Below are positions 43,123 through 55,676 of a stretch of DNA of 64,000 nt, in pieces. The position numbers and the translations under genes are program-made. The notes beneath the pieces are model-generated. The model saw only the letters and a list, made by a program, of their open reading frames with translations. It had not been told where the DNA came from and ran no database searches. How positions within the stretch are numbered: position 1 is the stretch's first letter; each line of letters opens with the position of its first letter. Origin of the DNA: Octopus sinensis (Eukaryota); NCBI RefSeq assembly GCF_006345805.1, contig NC_043023.1, forward strand, positions 13,020,001 to 13,084,000, written 5' to 3'.

Positions 43123-44385
43123 ATGGAAGGAAAATTATGTAATAACACGTCTGAAAAGACTGATGTTGTTTGTGATTTAAAGGAAGAGGAAGGAGAATCA
43201 TCGTACCAGTGTGATGTCTGTGATGAAGCATTCTCTGAAAGAGATAGCTTGACTAAGCACAAATGTATTCATGCAGGAGACAGGCCATTTTCCTGTGATA
43301 TCTGCGGGAGATCATTCTCTCGAAAGGCAGACTTAAGCGTTCATAAACGTATTCACACAGGAGAAAACCTGTATCATTGTCACATCTGTGGTAAATCATT
43401 TTTGATGAACTACAGCCTGACTCAACACAAACGTGTTCATACAGGAGAGAAACCATTTAAGTGTGATATCTGCGATAAATCTTTCGCACAAGGTAGTACC
43501 TTAACGAAACACATACGTATTCATACAGGGGAGAAGCCATACCAGTGTGATACCTGTGGTAAATCATTCACTCAAAGTGAGGGCTTGACTATGCACAAAC
43601 GAATTCATACAGGAGAGAAGCCATTTCATTGCGATATATGTGGTCAAGCTTTCAATCAGAGCTCTGGCTTAAATAGACACAAACGTGTTCATACAGGGAG
43701 GAGGCCACATCACTGTGATATTTGTGGTCAATCATTTTCTCATAGCAATTCTTTAAAAACTCACAAACGCACTCATACAGGTGAGAAACCGTATCATTGT
43801 GACACCTGTGGTAAATCATTTTCTCGTTTAAATTCTTTAACTTGTCACAAACGCATCCACACAGGTGATAAGCCGTACTACTGTGACACCTGTGGTAAAT
43901 CATTCCATGAATCTGTTCATTTAATTATACACAGCCGTATGCATACAGGTGAGAAACCATATCACTGTGACATCTGTGGAATGTCGTTCTCCGTAAGCTC
44001 TAACTTGACTAAACACAAGCGTACACATACAGGTGAGAAGCCATACCGTTGTGACACCTGTGGTAAATCATTTTCTGCAGCTGATTACTTGAAATATCAC
44101 AAACGTATTCATACAGGTGAGAAGCCATATAGCTGTGATACCTGTGGTAAATCATTCTCTTTAAATTGCGTTTTAACTAAGCACAAGCGTGTTCATTCAG
44201 GGGAGAAGCCCTTTCATTGTGACACCTGTGGTAAATCATTCTCTACAGGTAGTTACTTGACTATTCACAAACGTATTCATACTGGGGAAAAAACATATCA
44301 TTGTGATACCTGTGGTAAATTATTCTCTTATAAAAGCAAATTGGTTAAGCACAAACTCACCCATACAGGTGAGAGCATATCGTGA
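43123..44385 (+). CDS. C2H2 zinc-finger protein E, 420 aa, 14 fingers
   Basis: Intact ORF; degenerate fingers follow to about 44690. Confidence 0.93.
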   Translation: MEGKLCNNTSEKTDVVCDLKEEEGESSYQCDVCDEAFSERDSLTKHKCIHAGDRPFSCDICGRSFSRKADLSVHKRIHTGENLYHCHICGKSFLMNYSLTQHKRVHTGEKPFKCDICDKSFAQGSTLTKHIRIHTGEKPYQCDTCGKSFTQSEGLTMHKRIHTGEKPFHCDICGQAFNQSSGLNRHKRVHTGRRPHHCDICGQSFSHSNSLKTHKRTHTGEKPYHCDTCGKSFSRLNSLTCHKRIHTGDKPYYCDTCGKSFHESVHLIIHSRMHTGEKPYHCDICGMSFSVSSNLTKHKRTHTGEKPYRCDTCGKSFSAADYLKYHKRIHTGEKPYSCDTCGKSFSLNCVLTKHKRVHSGEKPFHCDTCGKSFSTGSYLTIHKRIHTGEKTYHCDTCGKLFSYKSKLVKHKLTHTGESIS

Positions 44386-44418
44386 CACCTGTGGTAAATC
44401 ATTCTCACATGGGAGTGA

Positions 44419-44689
<271 letters not shown>

Positions 44690-44861
44690 TAACAAACAGT
44701 ATCGCTTGCAAATATTGCCACATGGCCAGCCCACATGTGGATGGGAGGTAAATCTGTTACATCAACCCCATTACTTGACTAATACTTATACTATTGACCC
44801 CAAAAGGATGAAACATAAAGTTGACCTTGGTGGAATTTGAACTGAGAACATAAAGTGATTA

Positions 44862-45370
44862 CCTATTTCTTTATTACCCACAAGGGGCCAAACACAGAGA
44901 AGACAAACAAGGACAGAGAAACGGATTAAGTCGATTATATCGACCCCAGTGCGTAACTGGTACTTATTTAATCGACCCTGAAAGGATGAAAGGCAAAGTC
45001 GACCTCAGCGGAATTTGAACACAGAACGTAGTGACAGATGAAATACCTATTTCTTTATTACCCACAAGGGGCTAAACACAGAGGGGACAAACAAGGAGAG
45101 ACAAACGGATTAAGTCGATTAGATCGACCCTGAAAGGATGAAAGACTAAGTCCACCTCGGCGGAATTTGAACGTAGCGGTAGATGAAATATTTATTTCTT
45201 TATTACCCACAAGGGGCTAAACACAGAGGGGACAAACAAGGACAGACAAACGGATTGAGTTGATTACATCGACCCCAGTGCGTAACTGGTACTTAATTTA
45301 TCGACCCCGAAAGGATGAAAGGTAAAGTCGATTTGGTGGAATTTGAACTCAGAACATAAAGACAGACGAA
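44862..45370 (-). repeat. Tandem SINE core segment, 184- and 145-bp units
   Basis: TTTCTTT anchor at 44866,45050,45195. Confidence 0.85.
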
Positions 45371-45832
45371 ATACTGCTAAGCATTTTGCCAGGTGTGCTC
45401 CTTGTTCTGCCAGCTTGCTCCCTTCTTAGTAATCTATTATGATAATGAGCTTGTTTGTAATAAGGAAGTAGCAGTGTCAGTAAGAGTTAAGAAAGAGAAG
45501 AGGCAAAATGGTAATAACAATGAGAGAGGGAGTGGTATCAAACTGCCCCTCTTACTCTCTCTCTCTCTCTCAACAAAAACCTTTTCACTTTGTTAATGAA
45601 CACACTCTCTCTGTCTCTATCTATCTATCTACAGACATACACACTCACTCTCTCTCCGTTTCTCTCTCTCTCTCTCTCTTTTAATTTTCATTTTTCATTC
45701 CATGAACACTGATTTTATTTTCTTTCTGGTAAACATTAATAACAATATATAAGATAATTAAATAAAATTTTTGCTCCTCAAAATTATTTTTTTCTGTATC
45801 TCTTGACTTTTCTGGAAGATTTTTCTGCTTAA

Positions 45833-46304
45833 CCCTTTCGTTACCGTATTTATTTTGAGATGTTCTGTGTTTCTTTCAATTATTTTAAATATAACAAAGA
45901 ATTTAGTAAAAGAACTTAGTTATCATTCAGCTAGTGTTAGGAACATAAATTGTAACTAAGGTTTGGTGGAAGATTTTAATTCAGAACTTATGAAAACAAG
46001 ACATTTGTACTACAGAGCCAGAGGTGGTTTCAGCCAGTTTGGTATCAAAAGGGTTAAGAATTGTTTCTCTATTATATATTTTAACCCTTTTGTTACCATA
46101 TTCTGTCGAGATGCTCTGTGTTTCTTTCAATTAATTTTAAATATAACAAAGAATTTAGTAAAATAACTTAGTTATCATTCAGCTAGTGTTAGGTATATAA
46201 ATTGTGACTAAGGTTTGGTGGAAGACTTTAATTCAAAACTTATGAAAACAAGACTTAGTACTACAGAGCCAGAGCCGGTTTTGGCCGGGTTGGTAACGAA
46301 AGGG
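45833..46304. mobile_element. Dimer of piggyBac-like MITEs (45833-46053 and 46085-46304)
   Basis: TTAA-CCC...GGG-TTAA ends on both; empty TTAA site in paralog at 23318-23321. Confidence 0.88.
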
Positions 46305-46526
46305 TTAAAATGTTGCAAACTTAATGGAATATAACACGAGTAAATAAATAATAATTTTTTAAGTCATAAAACTGAAGTATTGTCTATTGAAAGAAACCCT
46401 AAATGCTAAATGGTTAAACCAGCCATATCCAGCCCAAATATTCTGCTTGTTTTAAGTTCAAACTGGCCAGAGTTGGCTTTTCACACCTACCCTACAATGT
46501 CATTCTAAAAATAAACTATCACATAC

Positions 46527-46880
46527 AGGAGTGGCTGTGTGGTAAGTAGCTTGTTTACCAACGACATGGTTCCGGGTTCAGTCCCACTGCGTGGCACCTT
46601 GGGCAAGTGTCTTCTACTATAACCCCGAGCTGACCAATGCCATGTGAGTGGATTTGGTAGACGGAAACTGAAAGAAGCCCGTCGTTTGTCCCCCCAACAT
46701 CGCTTGACAACCGATGCTGGTGTGTTTACGTCCCCGTTACTTAGCGGTTCGGCAAAAGAGACCGATAGAATAAGTACTGGGCTTACAAAAGAATAAGTCC
46801 CGGGGTCGAGTTGCTCGATTAAAGGCGCTGCTCCAGCATGGCCGCAGTCAAATGACTGAAACAAGTAAAAGAGTAAAGAG
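46527..46880 (+). mobile_element. SINE family 2 lacking the central microsatellite
   Basis: Homology to 10161 copy. Confidence 0.85.
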
Positions 46881-46999
46881 ACATAATTGTAATCTCAAAA
46901 CATTGTGAATAAATAAGAATTACAATTAATTAATGAGTTAATTGCTGATTAAATTAAATGTCTTTTTTTTTATTTTTGATATAATTACTAACTAGATCA

Positions 47000-47560
47000 A
47001 TCATCATCATCATCATCATCATCGTTTAACATCCGCTTTCCATGCTAACATGGGTTGGACGATTTTGACTGAGGGCTGGCGAACCAGATGGCTGCACCAG
47101 GCTCCAATCTTGATCTGGCAGAGTTTCTACAGCTGGATGCCCTTCCTAACGCCAACCACTCCGAGAGTGTAGTGGGTGCTTTTACGTGCCACCGGCACGG
47201 GGGCCAGTCAGGCGGTACTGAATCCTTTTACACATGCCACCGGCACAGGTGTCTGTAAGGCGATGGTAACGATCACACTCGAATGGTACCCTTTTATGTG
47301 CCACCAACACGGAAGCCAGTTGGCTGCTCTGGCAACGATCACGCTCGGATGGTGCTCTTTGCACCCTACTAGCACAGGCACAAGTGCCAGTAAGGCGACG
47401 CTGGTAACGATCACGCTCAAATGGTGCCTTTTAAGTGCCACTGGCACAGAAGCCGTTTAGCCGCTCTGTCAATGATCACGCTCGTATGGTGCTCTTTGCA
47501 CCCTGCTAGCACAGACACCAGTCATCGAATTTGATTTTGATTTTAATTTTGCTTTTGATT
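47000..47560 (-). mobile_element. SINE-like element (family 4) with degenerate internal repeats
   Basis: (CAT)n tail, GGATGCCCTTCCTAACGCCAACC motif; homologs at 5040, 29735, 48607, 52765, 59230. Confidence 0.7.
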
Positions 47561-47749
47561 GATTATTTTTTCACTGAGTCTGTCATCATCATCATAGGCA
47601 TTAGGATGGTTGTGTGGTAAGAAGCTTGGCTCAAATCCACATGGTTTTGGGTTCAGTCCCACTGCATGGCACCTTGAACAAGTGTCTTCTACTGTAGCCT
47701 CGTGCTAATCAAATCCTTCTGAAAAGATGTGGTAAACTAAATGAAGAAG

Positions 47750-48135
<386 letters not shown>

Positions 48136-49075
48136 TGTGGACTATAATGGAGAAAGCTATTTATTAATTGAGTATTCCTTGCAAATAACTTGCACCTGCA
48201 AGTGCTACCGGTCAGAAACTAAGCATACCGGAAGCCAGCAAGTGTATGGGGTCATCAGGAGAGAATGCGCGCCGTTTCAGCTCCTACCTCTCGACGGCAC
48301 CAATGTGCACCCTCACTAATACGAAGCCCCATTTGCTAGATCAACTGGTTATCAAATAAAGCTCAATATTCTTGTAGCCATCGCTCATCGTCTCTAAAAG
48401 TACTAAAAGAAAGCAATTATTAAAGGGTTGAGTGTCTGGAAATATTTTTTTAAATTCCTGTTCTAAGAAATTTCCTATAATTTTGATTCCTCAAGTGTAT
48501 TGAATTTTTTAAACTCCACTTTCTTGCAAATTTAAATATTCATTGCATTTCATATTCATTTGCAAAGTCTCTCATTTTCTCTTTAAAGTTTTAATTTGCT
48601 ATTAATGCCGCCCCGACTGGCCTCTGTGCTGGTGGCACGTAAAAAGCACCATCTGATCATGGCCATTGCCAGCCTCGCCTGGCCCCTGTGCTAGTGGCAC
48701 ATAAAAAGTACCATCCGATCATGGCCGTTTGCCAGCCCGTCTGGCACCTGTGCCAATGGCACATAAAAAGCACCCACTACATTCATGGAGTGGTTGGCGT
48801 TAGGAAGGGCATCCAGCCGTAGAAACATTGCCAGATCAGACTGGGCCTGGTGCAGCCTTCTGGCTTCCCAGACCCCAGTTGAACCATCCAACCCATGCCA
48901 GCATGGAAAGCGGACGCTAAACGATGATGTATACGTAATGTAAAAACATTATTTCTTGAAAATTTTAAAAGGAGTGGATGTGTGGTAAGTAGCTTGCTTA
49001 CCAACCACATGGTTCCGGGTTCAGTCCCGAAACCATGTGGTTGGTCAGACAGTAACTTGGTATTTTCCATGGTGT

Positions 49076-50357
49076 ACCTATTTCTTTATTACCCACAAGG
49101 GGCCAAACACAGAGAAGACAAACAAGGACAGACAAACGGATTAAGTTGATTATATCGACCCAGTGTGTAACTGGTACTTATTTAATCGACCCTGAAAGGA
49201 TGAAAGGCAAAGTCGACCTCAGCGGAATTTGAACTCAGAACGTAGCAGCAGACGAAATACCTATTTCTTTATTACCCACAAGGGGCTAAACACAGAGGGG
49301 ACAAACAAGGACAGGCAAACGGATTTAGTTGATTATATCGACCCCAGTGCGTAACTGGTACTTATTTAATCGACCCCGAAAGGATGAAAGGCAAAGTCGA
49401 CCTCGGCGGAATTTGAACTCAGAACGTAGCAGCAGACGAAATACCTATTTCTTTATTACCCACAAGGGGCTAAACACAGAGGGGACAAACAAGGACAGAC
49501 AAACGGATTTAGTTGATTAGATCGACCCCGAAAGGATGAAAGGCAAAGTCCACCTCGGCGGAATTTGAACGTAACGGTAGATGAAATACTTATTTCTTTA
49601 CTACCCACAAGGGGCTAAACACAGAGGGGACAAAGAAGGACAGACAAACGGATTAAGTCGATTACATCGACCCCAGTGTGTAACTGGTACTTATTTAATC
49701 GACCCTGAAAGGATGAAAGGCAAAGTCCACCTCGGCGGAATTTGAACGTAGCGGTAGATGAAATACTTATTTCTTTACTACCCACAAGGGGCTAAACATA
49801 GAGAGGACAAACAAGGACAGACAAACGGATTTAGTTGATTAGATCGACCCCGAAAGGATGAAAGGCAAAGTCCACCTTGGCGGAATTTGAACGTAGCGGT
49901 AGATGAAATACTTATTTCTTTACTACCCACAAGGGGCTAAACACAGAGGGGACAAAGAAGGACAGACAAATGGATTAAGTCGATTACATCGACCCCAGTG
50001 TGTAACTGGTACTTATTTAATCGACCCCGAAGGGATGAAAGGCAAAGTCCACCTCGGCGGAATTTGAACGTAGCGGTAGATGAAATACTTATTTCTTTAC
50101 TACCCACAAGGGGCTAAACACAGAGGGGACAAAGAAGGACAGACAAACGGATTAAGTCGATTACATCGGCCCCAGTGTGTAACTGGTACTTATTTAATCG
50201 ACCCCGAAAGGATGAAAGGCAAAGTCGACCTCGGCGGAATTTGAACTCAGAACGTAGCAGCAGACGAAATACCTATTTCTTTACTACTCACAGGGGGCTA
50301 AACACAGAGGGGACAAACAAGGACAGACAAACGGATTGAGTTGATTACATCGATCCC
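49076..50357 (-). repeat. Tandem SINE core array, units 183,184,145,177,145,177,184 + partial
   Basis: TTTCTTT anchor at 49081,49264,49448,49593,49770,49915,50092,50276. Confidence 0.9.
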
Positions 50358-50585
50358 AGGGCCATGGAATTGGTTCCTGAAATGAAGAGGGAAGTAGGTT
50401 CCTGGAGTTTTGCGATACAACTTCAGGAAGCTGTCTATCACAAAATGAAAGCAAAATCATTACGAAGAGGAATTTTTTGTAAACAAACAAAAATAAAGCA
50501 TTATAATGACAAAAGTTGTAAGAACTTCTGAAGTTTTAATAAATAAAGTCATGCGAAATGGACGAACAGACATACTCTGTTCTCT

Positions 50586-50953
50586 GTTACTTGTTTCAGT
50601 CATTTGACTGCGGCCATGCTGGAGCACCGCCTTTAGTCGAGCACATCGACCCCCGGGACTTATTCTTTGTAAGCCCAGTACTTATTCTATCGGTCTCTTT
50701 TGCCGAACCGCTAATTGACGGGGACGTAAACACACCAGCATCGGTTGTCAAGCGATGCTAGGGGGACAAACACAGACACACAAACATATACACACACTTA
50801 CATACATATATATATGACAGGCTTCTTTCAGTTTCCGTCTACCAAATCCACTCACAAGGCATTGCTCGGCCCGGGGCTATAGCAGAAGACACTTGCCCAA
50901 GATGCCACGCAGTGGGACTGAACCCGGAACCATGTGGTTGGTTAGCAAGCTAC
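50586..50953 (-). mobile_element. SINE family 2
   Basis: Homology to 10161 copy. Confidence 0.85.
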
Positions 50954-51192
50954 ACCCATGTAAGGAATTTAAAAAGGAAAAAAATTCTCGAAGTTTTTTT
51001 GCGAAAAATTGTACAAAACTGTCCTGATCAAGATGCCTATCTTTCATGACAGGCATGGAATAAACAAAAAATATCAATATTTTTATCAACTTTTATTGAC
51101 TAAAGGAAGATGACATATTTATAAGGAGTGTTCATCAATACATCAACCTCTTTATATAAAGAAAATCTATGTCAAACAGTGGCAGAATATCG

Positions 51193-52401
51193 TTAGTTAG
51201 GAATGCACAAATGTTTACTTCTCCTTCGAGAGAATGATTTACCACAGGTATTGCAATGGTATGGCTTCTCACCTGTATGAACACGTCTGTGTTTTGTCAG
51301 GTTACTACTTAGGGAGAATGATGAGCCACAGGTGTCACAATGAAAGGGCTTCTCCCCTGAATGAATTTGTTTGTGTTTACTGAAATAACTGCTGTCGGAA
51401 AAGGATTTACCACAGGTGTCACAACGATATGGCTTCTCACCTGTATGGGTACGTTCGTGTTTAACCAAATTACCTTTCTGAGAGAATAATTTACCACAGA
51501 TGTCACAGCGATATGGCTTTTCCCCAGTATGAATACGTTTGTGAATAGTCAAGTGGTTACCTGTGGAGAAAGATATACCACAGATATCACAACGATATGG
51601 CTTCTCACCTGTATGAGTGCGTTTGTGTTTAGTTAAAACGCCATTTTCAGAGAATGATGTACCACACACATCACAGCAATATGGTTTCTCACCTGTATGA
51701 GTACGTCTGTGTTTCACTAAGACAGTATATTGGGTAAATGATTTACCACAGGTGTCACAACGGTATGGCTTCTCACCTGTATGTGTACGCTTGTGTTTAG
51801 TCAAATTACCGCTTACAGAGAAAGATGTGCCGCAAATGTCACAGCGATATGGTTTCTCACCTGTATGAATACGTCTGTGATTAGTTAAATGAACAGATTC
51901 ATGGAATGATTTTCCACAGACATCACAGCAGTATGGCTTCTCACCTGTATGAATGCGTTTGTGTTTAGCAAAATAACTGCCATCAGAAAAAGATTTACCA
52001 CAGGTGTCACAATGATAAGGCTTCTCACCTGTATGAATAAATTTATGTGTAATAAAGTTACCTCTAAGAGAGAACGCTTTACCACAGATATCACAGCGAT
52101 AGGCTTTATCACCTGTATGAGTGAATTTGTGCTTTGTTAAGTGTTCATTTCGATGGAACGATTTTCCACAGATATCACAGGAATATGGCCTGTCTCCTGC
52201 ATGAATACATTTGTGCTTAGTCAAGCTATCTCTTTCAGAGAATGCTTCATCACAGACATCACACTGGTACGATGATTCTCCTTCCTCTTCCTTTAAATCA
52301 CAAACAACATCAGTCTTTCCAGACGTGTTATTACATAATTTTCCTTCCATAGTTTTCCTCCTCCAAAGAACTATTTTCCCCGTAAGACACCAAAGATTCA
52401 T
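51193..52401 (-). CDS. C2H2 zinc-finger protein F, 402 aa (385 aa from the homologous ATG at 52350), 12 fingers + truncated 13th
   Basis: Intact ORF with family leader; start choice uncertain. Confidence 0.9.
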   Translation of the reverse strand: MNLWCLTGKIVLWRRKTMEGKLCNNTSGKTDVVCDLKEEEGESSYQCDVCDEAFSERDSLTKHKCIHAGDRPYSCDICGKSFHRNEHLTKHKFTHTGDKAYRCDICGKAFSLRGNFITHKFIHTGEKPYHCDTCGKSFSDGSYFAKHKRIHTGEKPYCCDVCGKSFHESVHLTNHRRIHTGEKPYRCDICGTSFSVSGNLTKHKRTHTGEKPYRCDTCGKSFTQYTVLVKHRRTHTGEKPYCCDVCGTSFSENGVLTKHKRTHTGEKPYRCDICGISFSTGNHLTIHKRIHTGEKPYRCDICGKLFSQKGNLVKHERTHTGEKPYRCDTCGKSFSDSSYFSKHKQIHSGEKPFHCDTCGSSFSLSSNLTKHRRVHTGEKPYHCNTCGKSFSRRRSKHLCIPN

Positions 52402-53270
52402 TATACGAAGAACATTTCCTTCCAGTCTTTAAAAGATGCTGTACCTCGATGCAACCAATTCTTTGATGCCAATGTCATTTGATATTCTGAAAGAAGAGAG
52501 AAATAACAGAGTAAGACAGAGAAGATAGTCAACCGTTTAGCATTTAAAGCAGACGTTATCTAATCCAAATATTTTGCCTATTCTAATATTCAAACTGGAC
52601 GTATCTAATCTTTCACACTTACCTACAATGTCATTCTAAAAATAAACAATCACATCATTGAAATCTCAAAGCTATGAGATAATCCATGATTAATTCAAAG
52701 CAATGGGGATAAATAAGGATTACATTTGACAGAGTAATCTGAATGTGTACATATATGTATATATCATCATCATCATCATCGTTTAACGTCCGTTCTCCAT
52801 GGGTTGGACGGTTCGACCGGGGATCTGGGAAGCCAGAAGGCTGCACCAAGCTCCAGTCTTATCTGGCAATGTTTCTACAGCTGGATGCCCTTCCTAACGC
52901 CAACCACTCCGTGAGTGTAGTGGGTGCTTTTTACGTGCCACCTGCACAGGTGCCAGGCGAGGCTGGCAACGGCCACGGTAGGATTGGTGTATTTTACGTG
53001 CCACCGGCACGGAAGCCAGTCGAGGCGGCGCAGGCATCGGCCACGAGTCAGATAGTGCTTTTTACGTACCACCAGACCAGGGGTCCTGGCTGGTTCAATT
53101 CGATTTCGATTGCTCCAACATGTCTTCGCAAGCAAAGGGGGTTGGCATGGGTGCCTGTCGTCGGATGAGGTTCTATATCGATTTCGCTTGCCTCAACAGG
53201 TCTTTGTGTCCAAGGGAGGAAAGGCATGAATAAGTGGGCTGGGCTCACTTGTCCTGCCTGGTCTTCTCAC

Positions 53271-53350
<80 letters not shown>

Positions 53351-53859
53351 GTACACACATACACAAAGATAAACTGCTAGATACAACTGAGTGGGCAAAG
53401 AAAATATGAGACACTGCCTAGTGTTTTTTTTTATTTTGATAAGCCTGGTACTTATGCTATCAGAATCTTCTTGTGAAACCAGTAAGTTATGGAGATGTAA
53501 ATAAACGAACAGCAGTTGTGAAGCAGTGATGAGGGAGAAACACAAAGACACACACATAGACTTACATATATACATACATATATAAACGATTGATTTCTTT
53601 CAGTTTCTGTCTACAAATTCCACTGACAAGACTTTGGTTGGTCTGAGGCTATAGCAGAGGATACATGTCAAGTCATCACACAGTGGGACTGAACCCAGGA
53701 CCATGTGTTTTGGAACCAAGTTTGTTACCACATAGCCACACCCACACCTGTGTGTATGGGCGTAAATATGTGTGTGTGTATATATATATATATATATAAT
53801 ATACATACATCTACACATATACATACACATCTATATATATATATACTTGTATATATACT

Positions 53860-53909
<50 letters not shown>

Positions 53910-53938
53910 CATACATATATATATATATATATACATGC

Positions 53939-53977
<39 letters not shown>

Positions 53978-53982
<5 letters not shown>

Positions 53983-54170
53983 AGATAGGGGTTGTAAATT
54001 CAACCCTCCATGGGATAACATATATTCAATATAATTAATGTATTAATGTATTAAGGTATTAATGTATAATATCATTGCTATTGTGTAATGGTTTAATAAA
54101 GTATTGATTGGGTATTATCTGATGGTTGATGATTGATTTAGATATATTTCTCCATTTTCTCATTTTGTAT
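53978..54170. mobile_element. Short TA-embedded element, same ends as 14247 and 36620 elements
   Basis: AAAATGAGATAGGGGTTGTAAATTCAACCC ... TTTCTCCATTTTCTCATTTTGTA. Confidence 0.65.
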
Positions 54171-54180
54171 ATATATATAT

Positions 54181-54573
54181 AATAATAAATATTAGGGAAT
54201 AAATCCAAATTTACAGGGAAAAATCAGATTTAGGATTAAATCCAATTTTATAGTAAAATATTATATAATATTAATTAGAGACAAAACCACTATTTTGCAA
54301 AACAAACAAGGAAAGACTTAATCAATACATAAAATTTTAATAAAAAGTCAAAAAAACCGCCACTACAATTGTTTCTTGTCCTGATCGACAATCTTCAGGT
54401 GGACTTCCAATTTACAAGTCAGTTTCAAATTTGAAACTGACTTGTAAATTGGAAGTCCACCTGAAGATTGTCGATGAGGACAAGAAACAATTGTAGTGGC
54501 GGTTTTATTAAAATTTTATGTATTGATTAAGTCTTTCCTTGTTTGTTTTGCAAAATAGTGGTTTTGTCTCTAA

Positions 54574-54586
<13 letters not shown>
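54181..54586. mobile_element. Fold-back Penelope-like element with about 160-bp arms
   Basis: Centre TTTCAAA|TTTGAAA at 54429/54430; arms differ by one substitution and an about 11-nt indel. Confidence 0.78.
54457..54499 (+). ncRNA. Type I hammerhead, predicted cleavage after GUA 54495 (mirror copy 54360-54402 on minus)
   Basis: CCAC CTGAAGA TTGTC GATGAG GACAA GAAAC AATT GTA GTGG; U-A instead of usual G-C at 10.1-11.1. Confidence 0.8.
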
Positions 54587-54619
<33 letters not shown>

Positions 54620-54632
<13 letters not shown>

Positions 54633-54953
54633 AATTTAAATTTGAAATAATAAGGGTGAAAAATTGAATATTAATTTGAGTAACATCAATTTAAAACCAG
54701 TGGTGTAGCATATTGAAAAATCTGATGTTTCAGAAAAAATTATATTACATGCCTATAAGTGGGATAACCTGTAAGTGGACATCCATTATGCTAGAAGAAG
54801 ATCCGCCAAGGTCTTACCATTACTTTGTTAGTGGTAAGACCATAGCGGATCTTCTTCTAGCAAAATGGATGTCCACTTACAGGTCATCCGTCTTATAGTT
54901 TCAGTATTAAAGTGAAAGTATCTGACATTACAATAGAGATATTATCGTTTCAC
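54620..54953 (-). mobile_element. Penelope-like fragment with imperfect internal hairpin (about 54756-54897)
   Basis: Shares CCACTGGTTTTAAATTGAT...CCCTTATT end with 2601 element; about 90% copy at 42382-42653. Confidence 0.55.
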
Positions 54954-54975
54954 TTTTGACACGTAATACTGAAAT

Positions 54976-55603
54976 AGTGGAGAAGATATGATATTGCTGT
55001 GGGCTCGCACTAGGCAAGAAGTTAAAAATTTTGGGGGCCTATGTCACTAAATGGACCCTAAGTAAGGCATGTGTAAAATTTGAATGAAATTGGTTGTGTA
55101 GTTCTTAAGTTTTAGGGATTCATAGTGGAGAAGATATGATATTGCTGTGGGCTCGCACTAGGCAAGAAGTTAAAAATTGGGGGGGGGGGGGCTATGACAC
55201 TACATGGACCCTAAGTAAGGCATGTGTAAAATTTGAATGAAATTGGTTGTGTAGTTCTTAAGTTTTAGGGATTCATAGTGGAGAAGATATGATATTGCTG
55301 TGGGCTCGCACTAGGCAAGAAGTTAAAAATGTTTGGGCCTATGACACTAGGTGGACCCTAAGTAAGGCATGAAAATTTGAATGAAATTGGTTGTGTAGTT
55401 CTCAAGTTTGAGGGATTCATAGTATAGAAGATATGATACTGCTGTGGGCTCGCACTAGGCAAGAAGTTACAAATTTTTAGCACATGACACTAGATGGACC
55501 CTAAGTAAGGCATGTGTAAAATTTGAAAGAAATTGGTTGAGTAGTTCTCAAGTTTTAGGGATTTACACAGACACACACACATTCTCATCTTTATATATAC
55601 AGA
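54976..55603 (-). mobile_element. Helitron-like element with four 144-153 bp internal tandem units
   Basis: Minus 5' end TCTGTATATATAAAGATGAGAATGTGTGTG; AGTGG anchor at 54976,55124,55277,55421; no clear CTAG end. Confidence 0.45.
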
Positions 55604-55676
55604 GCTGTACATATCGTCAGTAAATCGTAAATTCCAAAGAGACGTTTACTTTAAATTACCGAGTAATTAGATAAAG

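Noticed and set aside
48200-48290. CTGATGA and GAAAC motifs on the minus strand
   Set aside because: Order and flanks give no stem II or stem III; not a supportable hammerhead
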